Origin: Spirochaetota bacterium
Lineage (GTDB): Bacteria > Spirochaetota > UBA4802 > UBA5550
DNA: 64,000 bases
Direction: 5' to 3'
Assembly (NCBI GenBank): GCA_963663865.1
Contig: OY760686.1
Coordinates: 1,792,001-1,856,000 of the forward strand
Made by a program: the position numbers and the translations under genes. Numbering within the stretch: position 1 is the first letter of the stretch; every line of letters starts with the position of its first letter. The notes under the pieces are model-generated. The model had not been told where the DNA came from. It saw nothing but the letters and a program-made list of their open reading frames with translations, and did not search any database. Positions 28,789 through 38,774 of the stretch are shown here, one piece after another.

Positions 28789-29794
28789 ACTCTTCCTTCA
28801 TCTTGAGTGAATCTCCCCGTCCGGTATCTATGTGTCTGCCGATTGACCCGGCAAGGGAGCTCAGTCCTGCAAGGTAGCTGTCCCAGTCTTCCTTGACGCA
28901 CTTTTTCCCTGGATATATCTCATACAGCTCTTTGTAGGGGCCCGGAGTGAAGTTCGGCATTATTACGTTTGCTCCAGCTTTGAGAGCGTCTACGCGGTAG
29001 TCCTCCTCAATGCTGCCTATCGCTGTTGTAGCGGGCAGGTGTGAGTTCTTGAGCGCGAGCCTTGTAAGGGCAATGGTTTTCAGTGTCAGCTGCAGGTTGC
29101 CGTGTGGAATGTCAGAGAGCTCTGTTGCTCTGTGAGGTATAAAAAGCCCAATCCCCACCATGTCGAAATCCATCTGCTGGAGATATTGAATGTCGCGGGC
29201 GATTATCTCTTCTGTCTGTCCCGGGAGTCCGATAAGGAGCCCTGAACCGTTCTGGTATCCGATGCGTTTCAGGCTTTCAGAGCATCTCAGCCTGTTTTTC
29301 AGATCCATGCCGGGATGCAGCCTGCCGTAAAGAGCTTCATCTGTAGTTTCAATTTTAAGCAGATAGCGGTCGGCGCCGGCTTCAAACCACGCCCTGTACA
29401 CATTGTCTTCTTTTTCGCCGGCTGAAAGGGTGATGGCCATATCAGGGAGTTCTTTTTTTATTCTTGTTATTGTCCGGGTGAGAAGTCCAGGATCAGCGCC
29501 GTGTTCCTCTCCGGACTGAAGGACAACAGAATTGATTCCGGCTGTGTTAATGTTTTTTACAGCATCAAGTATCTGCTCTTCCGTGAGCCTGTATCTCTTG
29601 AGCGTTTTGTTGTTTTTATTAAGTCCGCAGTAAGCGCAGGTGTTGTCGCAGAAGCTTGAAAACTCAACGATTCCTCGAAGGAAAATTCCGTTCCCGCAAT
29701 GCCTGCTTCTTTCAGCGTCCGCTCTCCCGAAAAGCGCGTTGAGCTCATCAGAATTCTTTATTTTCAGCTGTTCAATTATTTCGTTGTATATCAT
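28766..29794 (-). CDS. hydE: [FeFe]-hydrogenase maturation radical SAM protein HydE
   Basis: RGIVEFSSFCDNTCAYCGL, VVLQSGE, PATTA, GANVIMPN, YEIYPGK. Start ATG29794 or GTG29803. Confidence 0.92.
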   Translation of the reverse strand: MIYNEIIEQLKIKNSDELNALFGRADAERSRHCGNGIFLRGIVEFSSFCDNTCAYCGLNKNNKTLKRYRLTEEQILDAVKNINTAGINSVVLQSGEEHGADPGLLTRTITRIKKELPDMAITLSAGEKEDNVYRAWFEAGADRYLLKIETTDEALYGRLHPGMDLKNRLRCSESLKRIGYQNGSGLLIGLPGQTEEIIARDIQYLQQMDFDMVGIGLFIPHRATELSDIPHGNLQLTLKTIALTRLALKNSHLPATTAIGSIEEDYRVDALKAGANVIMPNFTPGPYKELYEIYPGKKCVKEDWDSYLAGLSSLAGSIGRHIDTGRGDSLKMKEEYDRTQRN

Positions 29795-29950
29795 GTAAAT
29801 CACCAGCAGCCAATCTGAAACAGGGAGAGGTCTTTAGCAATAAAAATTTAAGTTTGCCGCATATGCCCGATTTGCATCATAATCAAAGGGGGGATAATGG
29901 CCTGTCTGATGTCGTTGTTTTATCTCATTTAGATGCTGACCGGAATGTCG

Positions 29951-29976
29951 AAAAAAGGCCCGCTTTGAAGCGGGCC
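29951..29976 (-). terminator. Rho-independent terminator after the hydrogenase structural genes
   Basis: GGCCCGCTT/AAGCGGGCC stem with T6 on the minus strand, just after the hydA stop. Confidence 0.8.
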
Positions 29977-30001
29977 CTAAAAACATGTGTGCTTTTTAGT
30001 C

Positions 30002-31768
30002 TTATTTTGTGTAAAGCGGCCTTGAGATATACTTTGTGTGAAGCAGATGGTGCGATTTTTCACTGCCCGGTTTCTCAAGATATTCAGCGTATATCTTCTG
30101 AATCATAGGGTTATCGTGAGAACATCTGATTTTATGATCTGCATCATCCTGATAAATTCCCCCGGCCCTTTTAATCCTGATTTCGTCTGTTACGCCGTAT
30201 GGCTGTCCTCCGCCGCCTACGCAGCCTCCCGGGCATGCCATAACCTCAATGAAATGATAGGGCGGCTCCTCTCCGTTTTCCTTTGCCTTCCTGACCTTAT
30301 CAAGCACATATTCGACATTGGCAAGACCATGAGCGACAGCGACCTTAACCTTTGTCCCCTTGATGTCAACTTCGCCTTCCTTAACTCCCTGAAGGCCCCG
30401 AACGGCTTCGACATTGACGTCGGACAGGTTTTCTCCCGTTACAAAATTATAAGCTGTTCTTATGGCAGCTTCCATAACTCCGCCGGTTGCGGCAAAAATT
30501 GTACCCGCTCCGGTATAATCTCCCATAATGTGGTCGGGATCGTCATCGGGCAGATTTACGAAGTCTATACCGGACTGTTTTATCATTCGGGAAAGCTCTC
30601 TTGTCGTCAGTACAACGTCGGTGTCCTGAACCCCGGATGATGACATGTCGCGGCAGCGCTGTATCTCAAACTTTTTAGCGGTACACGGCATTATTGATAC
30701 CATGAATATTTTTTCGGGCGCTATTTTCTGCTTCTCAGCGTAGTAGGTCTTTGTCATTGCTCCCATCATCTGTTGAGGAGATTTGCAGGTTGAGAAGTTG
30801 TCAATCATGTCTATTTCGTATTTTTCCATAAAGTCAACCCATGCCGGGCAGCAGGAGGTAATGAGAGGCAGTACTCCCTTGCCGTGGGCGAATCTTTGGA
30901 CAAATTCTGTGGCTTCTTCCATGATTGTCAGGTCAGCGCTGAAGTTTGTGTCAAACACCGTTTTAAAGCCAATTCTTCTGAGAACGGAATAGAGCTTGTT
31001 TGTCAGGTTTGTTCCCGGTTCAAAGCCGAATGCTTCACCGACAGCAACCCTGACAGCGGGAGCAATCTGAACAATACAGTACTTGTTCGGGTCGTGAAGG
31101 GCCTCCCATACATCCCTTGTATTGTCGTACTCAGTGATGGCTCCGGTCGGACAGTGGGCTGAACACTGCCCGCATTTAACGCATGGGGACTCGCCGAGTT
31201 TAATATCGCCGGCAGGGGCAATTCTGGTCTTTACGCCCCGTCCAACGAAGTTGAGAGCCCAGACGTTCTGGATGTTCTGGCAGACATCAACGCAGCGTCC
31301 GCATTTTATGCATTTTTCCGCGTCAAGAATCATCGTTCCGGTAGAATCGTCTTTGTTCATTCCGAATGCGGGCAGAAAGTGGGGGAATGGCACTTCCCTG
31401 ATTCCAAAGTCCGCTGATAGCCGCTGCAGTTCGCAGTTGTTGTTTCTTCCGCACTGAAGGCAGTCATTGGGATGGTTGGCGAGAATTAGTTCAAGAACAG
31501 TCCTTCGAACCTCTACAATCTCACTGTCATGAGTTGTAATGTCCATTCCCTCTGCAATTTCAGTACAGCAGGCCCGGAGGAGCTTGTTTGAACCCTTAAC
31601 CCTCACGATGCATATCCCGCATCCGGCTGAAGCTTCAAGGTCGGGATGCTTACAGAGGGTTGGAATTCTAATGTGTACCCCGATTGCCGCGTCAAGAATT
31701 GTGGTTCCAGCGGGCACTTCCACATCGAGCCCGTTAATCTTAGCTTTTACAGTTGTAGTAGTTGTCAT
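30002..31768 (-). CDS. hydA: NADH-linked [FeFe]-hydrogenase catalytic subunit (HydA/HndD)
   Basis: H-cluster motifs TSCCPAW, MPCTAKKFE, EVMACPGGCVGGGGQP; N-terminal 2Fe-2S, His-ligated 4Fe-4S and 2x4Fe-4S domains. Start ATG31768. Confidence 0.96.
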   Translation of the reverse strand: MTTTTTVKAKINGLDVEVPAGTTILDAAIGVHIRIPTLCKHPDLEASAGCGICIVRVKGSNKLLRACCTEIAEGMDITTHDSEIVEVRRTVLELILANHPNDCLQCGRNNNCELQRLSADFGIREVPFPHFLPAFGMNKDDSTGTMILDAEKCIKCGRCVDVCQNIQNVWALNFVGRGVKTRIAPAGDIKLGESPCVKCGQCSAHCPTGAITEYDNTRDVWEALHDPNKYCIVQIAPAVRVAVGEAFGFEPGTNLTNKLYSVLRRIGFKTVFDTNFSADLTIMEEATEFVQRFAHGKGVLPLITSCCPAWVDFMEKYEIDMIDNFSTCKSPQQMMGAMTKTYYAEKQKIAPEKIFMVSIMPCTAKKFEIQRCRDMSSSGVQDTDVVLTTRELSRMIKQSGIDFVNLPDDDPDHIMGDYTGAGTIFAATGGVMEAAIRTAYNFVTGENLSDVNVEAVRGLQGVKEGEVDIKGTKVKVAVAHGLANVEYVLDKVRKAKENGEEPPYHFIEVMACPGGCVGGGGQPYGVTDEIRIKRAGGIYQDDADHKIRCSHDNPMIQKIYAEYLEKPGSEKSHHLLHTKYISRPLYTK

Positions 31769-31772
31769 ATCG

Positions 31773-33518
31773 TCACCCTTTGTTAATCGCTTCAAATTTG
31801 CATTTTTCATAGCAGAGTCCGCATTTTATACATTTTGACTGATCAATGAGGAACCCGCTTTCACGGTCGCCGGATATTGCTGAAACCGGACAAACCCGTT
31901 TGCATACGCCGCATTTGACGCATTTTTCAGTGACTATGATGTATGTCAGCAGGCTGACGCATTTACCGGCTGTACATTTTTTATGTACAATATGATCTTC
32001 ATATTCGTGGTAGAAGTACTTTAAAGCTGACTGTATCGGATTGCTGGTTGTCTGTCCGAGGGCGCAAAGGGAAGCCTTCTGCATGGCCTTTCCAATTTGC
32101 TTCATCTTTTCTATATCATCAAGTTCTCCCCGACCGCCTGAAATCTTCTCAAGGTAGGTCAGGAGTTCGCGGCCGCCGATACGGCATGGAGCGCACTTTC
32201 CGCATGACTCGTCCACTGAGAATTGCAGATAGAACTTGTTTACGTCGACCATGCAGTCGTCCTCATCCATGACGATCATTCCGCCCGAGCCCATCATGGA
32301 GCCGATGGCAGTCAGGTTTTCATAATCAATCGGAGTGTCGAGAAACTGATCAGGAATAACACCGCCGGAAGGTCCTCCTGTTTGTACGGCTTTGAACTTT
32401 TTGTTGTCCTTGATTCCCCCGCTGATGCTGTAAACGATGTCTCTAATAGGAGTTCCCATGGGAACTTCAACGAGTCCTGAGTTTTTAACCTTTCCGGTAA
32501 CGGCAAAAACCTTGGTGCCTTTTGACTTTTCTGTTCCAACGGAAGAAAACCATGCGCTTCCTTTGAGGATTACAACCGGTATGTTGGCGAAGGTTTCTAC
32601 GTTGTTTACAACCGTGGGTTTTCCCCAGAGCCCTTTGACGGCAGGGAAGGGCGGTCGAGGTTTGGGGGTTCCCCGCTCTCCTTCAAGCGATGCCAAAAGC
32701 GCTGTTTCCTCGCCGCATACAAATGCACCCGCGCCGTAACGGATTTCAATGTTGAAGCTGAAATCGCTTCCGAGAATACTATCACCAAGCAGACCTAATT
32801 CTGTAGCCTGCTTGATCGCTATCTCAAGCCGTTTAATGGCAAGGGGATATTCTGCTCTTATGTAGATGTAGCCCCTGTCAGACCCTACGGTGTAACCTGC
32901 TATTGCCATTGCCTCAAGGATTGAGTGAGGATCCCCTTCAAGAGTACTTCTGTCCATGTAGGCTCCCGGGTCTCCTTCGTCAGCATTACATACGACGTAC
33001 TTCTGGTCGCCCTGAGCTTCCTTTGTGAAGGACCACTTCATTCCTGTGGGGAAGCCGGCGCCTCCGCGCCCTCTGAGCCCGGACTTTTTTATTTCGTCAA
33101 TTACCTGATCTGGAGTCATGTCAAAGATGACTTTTTCAAGAGCTGAGTATCCGTCTCTGAGTATGTATTCTTCGATCTTTTCAGGGTCAATGACACCGCA
33201 GTTGCGGAGTACTATTCTGAACTGTTTATCAGCTTCTGTTCCTGTTCCTTCAGGTGTCTTGCCTTTGGCCAGGTGTTCCTGTACTATTGAGCGGACTTTT
33301 TCAGGCGTAACATTGTGAATGTAAATATTTTCCGGCAAAATTTTTATAAAAGTATCTTCCCGGTCGCATGCCGCTGCGTCAATTATGCTTACAACCTGAA
33401 CATCGTCAGTGAGGTTGTGTTCGGCAATCTCCTTTTCAAAAAAACTTACAAGCTCATTTCTCTTGTTGAGATTGCTTTCGCTGTCACTCGCAACAAGTAT
33501 ATAGTGATTATATGGCAT
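31773..33518 (-). CDS. hydB: Hydrogenase diaphorase subunit (HydB/HndC, NuoF-like)
   Basis: GRGGAGFPTG, NADEGDPGAYMDR, GAGAFVCGEETAL, GGPSGG, ESCGKCAPCR, C-terminal 2x[4Fe-4S]. Confidence 0.94.
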   Translation of the reverse strand: MPYNHYILVASDSESNLNKRNELVSFFEKEIAEHNLTDDVQVVSIIDAAACDREDTFIKILPENIYIHNVTPEKVRSIVQEHLAKGKTPEGTGTEADKQFRIVLRNCGVIDPEKIEEYILRDGYSALEKVIFDMTPDQVIDEIKKSGLRGRGGAGFPTGMKWSFTKEAQGDQKYVVCNADEGDPGAYMDRSTLEGDPHSILEAMAIAGYTVGSDRGYIYIRAEYPLAIKRLEIAIKQATELGLLGDSILGSDFSFNIEIRYGAGAFVCGEETALLASLEGERGTPKPRPPFPAVKGLWGKPTVVNNVETFANIPVVILKGSAWFSSVGTEKSKGTKVFAVTGKVKNSGLVEVPMGTPIRDIVYSISGGIKDNKKFKAVQTGGPSGGVIPDQFLDTPIDYENLTAIGSMMGSGGMIVMDEDDCMVDVNKFYLQFSVDESCGKCAPCRIGGRELLTYLEKISGGRGELDDIEKMKQIGKAMQKASLCALGQTTSNPIQSALKYFYHEYEDHIVHKKCTAGKCVSLLTYIIVTEKCVKCGVCKRVCPVSAISGDRESGFLIDQSKCIKCGLCYEKCKFEAINKG

Positions 33519-33521
33519 TAT

Positions 33522-33899
33522 CTATTTACCCCCTTTCATGATATCTGACGAAGGCCTGTCCTGAATTAGATTGTTGACGAGGATTTTGCGGATGACATGT
33601 TTTTCGATAATTTTACGGGCAATCTCCGGAGTAACTTTCCCGTATATTATATCAGGCATCCCGGCGACCTTCACTTCGACTGTCGGTTCTGTTTCGCACA
33701 GGCCCATACAACCCGTCTGTTTAACTGTTATGCCTGACAGGTTTTTTGAGCTGATTTCCTCCTGAAAGGCTTCAAAGGTCTTCCTGGCTCCGGCAGCCAC
33801 CCCGCATGAACCGAGGCCAACCAGAATTACGGTCTCTTCCGCCTGTTTTGTTTTAAGGTCTTCCTTGAATTTTATGAATTTACTTCTGTCTAGTTTCAT
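33522..33899 (-). CDS. Thioredoxin-like ferredoxin subunit (HndB/HydD-like)
   Basis: VGLGSCGVAAGA...TGCMGLCETEP...YGKVTPE; lies between the nuoE-like and nuoF-like genes. Confidence 0.85.
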   Translation of the reverse strand: MKLDRSKFIKFKEDLKTKQAEETVILVGLGSCGVAAGARKTFEAFQEEISSKNLSGITVKQTGCMGLCETEPTVEVKVAGMPDIIYGKVTPEIARKIIEKHVIRKILVNNLIQDRPSSDIMKGGK

Positions 33900-33911
33900 G
33901 GTTCCTCCTGG

Positions 33912-34394
33912 TCAGTACTTGAATTTGGCAATTATTTCGGCGAGTTCTTCACGCTTCACCTTTCCGAAGACCTCACCGGCGATTGTCATTACAGGGGCAA
34001 GTCCGCAGCAGCCGATACATCTAACTGCTTCAACTGAAAAAAGCCCGTCTTCGGAGGTTTGATTTACTCCGACACCGAGAAGAGTTTCAATTTCCTGAAG
34101 AAGATCTTCACCTCCCTTAAGGTAACATGCTGTTCCCATGCAGACCTGTATAGGATATTTACCCGGTTTTTTAAGTTTAAAAAGATGATAAAAAGTGAGG
34201 ACCCCGTATACTTTTGCCAGCGGGATATCGAGCAGCTCTGTCAGCTTCAGGGCCGCTTCTCTCGGGACATAACCATATTCTTCCTGTACCTTGTGAAGAA
34301 TCATGATCAGGTTGCCTGGCTTATCCTTCCACTCGTTTACGTGGTTGAGGATTTCCGGCGACAGCGTGATTGTCTTGTCGATGTGTTCTTTCAT
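33912..34394 (-). CDS. hydC: Hydrogenase [2Fe-2S] subunit (HydC/HndA, NuoE-like)
   Basis: LHKVQEEYGYVP, VCMGTACYLKG, RCIGCCGLAPV. Confidence 0.92.
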   Translation of the reverse strand: MKEHIDKTITLSPEILNHVNEWKDKPGNLIMILHKVQEEYGYVPREAALKLTELLDIPLAKVYGVLTFYHLFKLKKPGKYPIQVCMGTACYLKGGEDLLQEIETLLGVGVNQTSEDGLFSVEAVRCIGCCGLAPVMTIAGEVFGKVKREELAEIIAKFKY

Positions 34395-34625
34395 CCAATT
34401 CCTCCGGATTATTTATATCGCAAGAAGTTTAGGAAAATTTCGTAACCTGGATAGACAGGCAAAAAAACTAAACATTCTCTAGCGTTCAAAAGATTAAATC
34501 ACTGAACGAATAAAAAACTGCAAACGGATTAAGAAAGTTCTATATGTCAGAGTGAAACAAAAGTTTTAGTTTAACGTTATTTGTTAAGCTGTCCCTTTAA
34601 GATTAATAATAGAAAAGTGAAAAAG

Positions 34626-36998
34626 CTACATTATTGACTCAATTGCCCTGATGATGCACTCCTCGGTAATAGGTTTGCCGGTAAGCCAACCCTGAAAGTA
34701 ATCACATCCGAGGTGGCGAAGTATTTCGGCCTGTTTTTCTGTTTCAACACCTTCCGCTACTACCTTAATCCCGAGGTCGTGCGAGATGTTGATGATTGAG
34801 CTTGTAATGCTTCTCGATCTTTCATTGATATCAACATCATGAACAAATATCTTATCGAGCTTAAGAATGTCAATTGGCAGGCTTCTCAGATATGAAAGCG
34901 ATGAGAAACCTGTACCAAAATCATCAAGATGAATCTGGTGGCCAAGGGCCTTAAGCCGTCTAAGCATCGGCATCGCGGCGTCAAATGACTCTATAAGAAG
35001 TGATTCTGTTATTTCAATTGGAATGGATGTCGACTCAAGGTTGTTCCTGTTTAGAAGATTGGTAAGTTTTTGCGGAAACTTTTCGTCAATGAGCTGAGCC
35101 GCAGAGACGTTTACGGATATGTGCGCTCCTGATGTATCGCACGAGGACGATATAACTCCGATACTGTGAAGGACATGAGCGAAAACGCGTTCTACGAACC
35201 CGCTTGCCTCGGCAATGGGGATGAATTCAGAAGGGGGAATTGAGCCGAGCGTGGGATGATTCCACCTCGCAAGGGCTTCGAACCCTACTATACGGTTGTT
35301 GGACAGCTGGACCTGCGGCTGGAAGTCAACCGAAAGGTGTTTCTCGAGTCCGGGAGACCTGAGTTCCCTCTCAATATCTCCCTTGCGTGAGAGCCTTTTG
35401 GAAATCTGTGAATCGAAGAGTTCAAACGATTTGGTCATGGAATGCTTTGACTCTTCACGTGCCGTCATGGCATTAATTAGCAGCTCGTCATAAGTTGTCC
35501 CGTGATTGGGATACATGGCTGCTCCGACAGTAATGCTGATATGCATCTCATGCCCGCCGAAAGAAAGCGGGAGTGAATTGTCGCCGTATATGGAGGATAG
35601 GGCGTCGTTGACTGCAACAATCTCCTGGCTGGTTTCAAAATGGGGAATGAACAGGCAAAAGTTTCCGCTTGTTAGTTTTCCAACAGGGCAGCCCAGTCTG
35701 TCAAAAACCGACATCCTTTCTGCGAATGAACGCAGCATCTTGTCACCCATGTCGAAGCCCAGGGTTGTACTGACAAATGAAAGGCTTGTTATCTTGATTA
35801 CGGCAAGCATGGCGCCCATCTGATTGCCGGATTCAATAAGTTCTTTGACAAGTCTGGAAAAGAGACGTTCATTGGGCAGTGATGTGACAGTGTCATAATA
35901 CGCGAGGCGGTATATTTCGTTTTCCTTTTCTTTCAGTTGAGTTATATCCCGTCCTTCCGCTATAAAATACGAACCGCCTCTGCCGCTGTTGGTCATTGGA
36001 TAGACTGAAAAGTCCATTATCCTTATATTTCCTTCCATGTCCACGCAAGGTATTTCGTATCTATTCTGAATGCCGGTTTTTGCGTCTGATACAGCTGCAT
36101 CTATGAGTTCAGCTGAGGTAATATCCTTTTTGTAGAAGGGCATATCCTTTAGATGTTTTCCAATAAATGAGCTGGTTTCTGTTCCAAAAAGGGAACGGAA
36201 GCTCCGGTTTGCGGCAATTATACGGAAGTTTTTATCAAGGAGCGTTATGAAGTGATCAATTCCGTTGAATACAGATTCAAAACGGGTTTTGTTAAACCTC
36301 AGCCGGCGATTGGTTGAACGTAAAATATAGATTGCGGCCAGGCCAGTCACAGATAGGAGAAACGAAATAAAAGCTGACCAGCGAGAGAAATATATGTGGG
36401 CTTTACTGAGATCGCCGTAGCCCAGGCTCAGGTCAAGACCCGCGATAAGAACCGCGTTCAGACCCGGGATTGTCCTGGCCGAGCACGACTTGATACCGCC
36501 AATATCGTTTTTAGAAATTTTCCCGTCGCACTTCACGAAAGCATGTTCAAGCGACAGCGAGGATGATATGAGCTCTCTCACGATGTATTTACCTGCATTA
36601 TCCCTGTTCTCGAGAATGTTTTCTGAGTTGACCAATTCGGTTTCAGAGTCTGCAAGCAGTGTACCGTCAAGAGAAATCATTAACAGGCTGATATTGTTTT
36701 CTTTTAAGGCCCTGCTCATTGTACGGACAGCGCTGGTTGCAGCAATAAGCTTTCGGCGGTTGCTATCAATATCGCTTGAGGAGCCCGCGAAGAGAGGAGA
36801 AATAGCGTTATAGGTAATATCCAGGATAGATATTATTCTTTCATGCCTTGACTTAAGAAAAATCGAATCAGCTTTTTTTTCGATATAATCAGTGATATAA
36901 ACCTGTGAAAGGAGGAGGGCAGTAAACAGAATAGCAATAATAAGAACCGGTATAGAGGTTCTGTCAAAATATACTCTTCTCTTAGATTTTGATTTCAT
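34626..36998 (-). CDS. Membrane sensor with Cache-like, PAS, degenerate GGDEF and EAL domains; probable c-di-GMP phosphodiesterase
   Basis: Two TM segments around an RDNAGKYIVREL Cache-like region; PAS; GGDEF position reads TSGNF; intact FEALARW, EITES, DDFGTGFSSL, EGVET. Confidence 0.85.
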   Translation of the reverse strand: MKSKSKRRVYFDRTSIPVLIIAILFTALLLSQVYITDYIEKKADSIFLKSRHERIISILDITYNAISPLFAGSSSDIDSNRRKLIAATSAVRTMSRALKENNISLLMISLDGTLLADSETELVNSENILENRDNAGKYIVRELISSSLSLEHAFVKCDGKISKNDIGGIKSCSARTIPGLNAVLIAGLDLSLGYGDLSKAHIYFSRWSAFISFLLSVTGLAAIYILRSTNRRLRFNKTRFESVFNGIDHFITLLDKNFRIIAANRSFRSLFGTETSSFIGKHLKDMPFYKKDITSAELIDAAVSDAKTGIQNRYEIPCVDMEGNIRIMDFSVYPMTNSGRGGSYFIAEGRDITQLKEKENEIYRLAYYDTVTSLPNERLFSRLVKELIESGNQMGAMLAVIKITSLSFVSTTLGFDMGDKMLRSFAERMSVFDRLGCPVGKLTSGNFCLFIPHFETSQEIVAVNDALSSIYGDNSLPLSFGGHEMHISITVGAAMYPNHGTTYDELLINAMTAREESKHSMTKSFELFDSQISKRLSRKGDIERELRSPGLEKHLSVDFQPQVQLSNNRIVGFEALARWNHPTLGSIPPSEFIPIAEASGFVERVFAHVLHSIGVISSSCDTSGAHISVNVSAAQLIDEKFPQKLTNLLNRNNLESTSIPIEITESLLIESFDAAMPMLRRLKALGHQIHLDDFGTGFSSLSYLRSLPIDILKLDKIFVHDVDINERSRSITSSIINISHDLGIKVVAEGVETEKQAEILRHLGCDYFQGWLTGKPITEECIIRAIESIM

Positions 36999-37029
36999 TA
37001 TAACACCGGGCCGTAAACAGTCTGCTGTT

Positions 37030-37773
37030 CTATCTTGCGGTTATTTCCGACATTATCTGACGGATATTTTCATTGCATCTGGTTTTGTATTCCTCAATCA
37101 GAGGATTGCTCTTGACGCTTTTCAGATCTGAGTAGAGGCTTTCGTAAGAGGCGAGAGCCCTGTCGAGTTCTCCTGTTTCATAGTAAAACCTGCCGAGCGC
37201 GAACCTCGGGCGGTAATAATGTCTATTTTTTTCCGAGAGTTCGCTGAGTATACCTATTGCCTCTTTTCTGCTGTCATCAGTCTTTTTCTCATAGAATAGG
37301 AGAATTGAAAGCCCGTACCACGAGTCCTTGAGAGAAGGGTCCTTTTGAAGCGATTTGCGGTAGTTGGACTCGGCATTATTCAGGTCATTTTGGGAACCGC
37401 TCTTTTCCCAGAGGTTGGCATATGCCGCGGCAGTTATATAGTAGACATAACCTGAGCGGTTGCCATAGTATTCGGTCGCTTTGATGTTTTTTAATGCGTC
37501 TTCAAATCGGTTTAACTCGAGATATTTTTCAGCAAGGGTCAGGTGTGTAGACGAAAGGGGTTTTGATACGTCTTCGCCTGATTTTAGCTTTTTTGTGTAG
37601 TCTTTGACCTTTTCTTCAAGACGCTCAGTGACCTCAAGGGCGCGTTCAGAAGGTTCCTTTTCTGAGAGCCTGTACGCTTCAGGGGTAAAGACCTTCTTTA
37701 GCGGCGAGTCTTCTCTGCACGCGGTAAGAAGAATGAGACTCATGATATGTAGCGTTATTATTGCTCTTTTCAT
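37030..37773 (-). CDS. TPR-repeat lipoprotein
   Basis: Lipobox LILLTAC; TPR-like helices (AESNYRKSLQKDP, FALGRFYYETGELDRALASY). Confidence 0.72.
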   Translation of the reverse strand: MKRAIITLHIMSLILLTACREDSPLKKVFTPEAYRLSEKEPSERALEVTERLEEKVKDYTKKLKSGEDVSKPLSSTHLTLAEKYLELNRFEDALKNIKATEYYGNRSGYVYYITAAAYANLWEKSGSQNDLNNAESNYRKSLQKDPSLKDSWYGLSILLFYEKKTDDSRKEAIGILSELSEKNRHYYRPRFALGRFYYETGELDRALASYESLYSDLKSVKSNPLIEEYKTRCNENIRQIMSEITAR

Positions 37774-37907
37774 TACTCAGCCTGCAAAGTTTTAATAACC
37801 CTTAAGTTAGAATTCATTTTTTATACGTCAAGAACTAATTGTTTAAAGAAGAATAATGCAGTTCAATCCCTTGAGCCGGAGGGAATAAAAAAATGGATGA
37901 CTAAATT

Positions 37908-37934
37908 TAAGCGCTCCTTTAACATAACCGATAA
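37908..37934 (+). promoter_or_regulatory. Putative sigma-28 (FliA) promoter for motAB
   Basis: TAAG-N15-ACCGATAA versus consensus TAAA-N15-GCCGATAA; 60 nt upstream of motA. Confidence 0.6.
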
Positions 37935-37994
37935 TAGAATACAGTTGATCTGTACACGGTTCCATATTTTGAATAACTATATCAGGGAATAATA

Positions 37995-38774
37995 ATGGAT
38001 TTATCTACAATTATTGGCCTCGTCGCCGGTCTGGCGGCCCTCGCCATGGGTATTTTTATCGGCGGCGGTACTCTGCTGATGTTCGTTGACGCTCCGTCAG
38101 TAATGATTACCGTGGGAGGTTCATTCTGCGCCATGCTTGTTGCCCACAACATCCCCAAAATGGTCAAGATGTTCGGTGTGATGAGGTTTACGATATTCCC
38201 GCCGAAATACAATCTGAGCGAGCTGATCATCACGCTTGTCTCTTTTTCGGAAAAGGCAAGGCGCGAGGGACTTCTTGCTCTTGAGGATGACCTTGATGAG
38301 CTCGATGACCAGTTCATGAAGAAGGGGCTGCAGCTTGTAGTTGACGGAACCGATCCGGAACTGGTGCGATCAATAATGGAATCTGAGCTGGAGCAGACAC
38401 TTAACAGGCATGACGCCAGCAGGAAGCTTTTTGACGACTGGGCAGCGCTTGCGCCGTCATTCGGTATGATCGGTACCCTGCAGGGTCTTATCATGATGCT
38501 TGCGAACCTTGAAGACAGAGCGGCCCTTGGTCCGACTCTCTCCATTGCTCTTATGACAACGTTGTACGGAGCTATTATGGCGTATCTGCTTTTTTCGCCG
38601 ATGTCGTACAACCTTGAATCGCAGACCAATCATGAAGCGCTTAACAAGATGATAGTCATCGAGGGTGTTCTTTCAATTCAGTCAGGCGAGAATCCCCGAA
38701 TTGTAAAAGATAAGCTGATATCCTTCCTTCCTCCCGCGGACCGTGAGTCGATTTCCGAAGAGGTCGGAGAATAA
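37995..38774 (+). CDS. motA: Flagellar stator protein MotA
   Basis: MDLSTIIG, ARREGLLALE, KGLQLVVDG, APSFGMIGTLQGL, ALMTTLYG, IQSGENPR. Confidence 0.93.
   Translation: MDLSTIIGLVAGLAALAMGIFIGGGTLLMFVDAPSVMITVGGSFCAMLVAHNIPKMVKMFGVMRFTIFPPKYNLSELIITLVSFSEKARREGLLALEDDLDELDDQFMKKGLQLVVDGTDPELVRSIMESELEQTLNRHDASRKLFDDWAALAPSFGMIGTLQGLIMMLANLEDRAALGPTLSIALMTTLYGAIMAYLLFSPMSYNLESQTNHEALNKMIVIEGVLSIQSGENPRIVKDKLISFLPPADRESISEEVGE

Noticed and set aside
34395-34625. Rex operator upstream of the hydrogenase operon
   Set aside because: No match with correct half-site orientation and spacing; TTAAC...GTTAA is inverted relative to the consensus.
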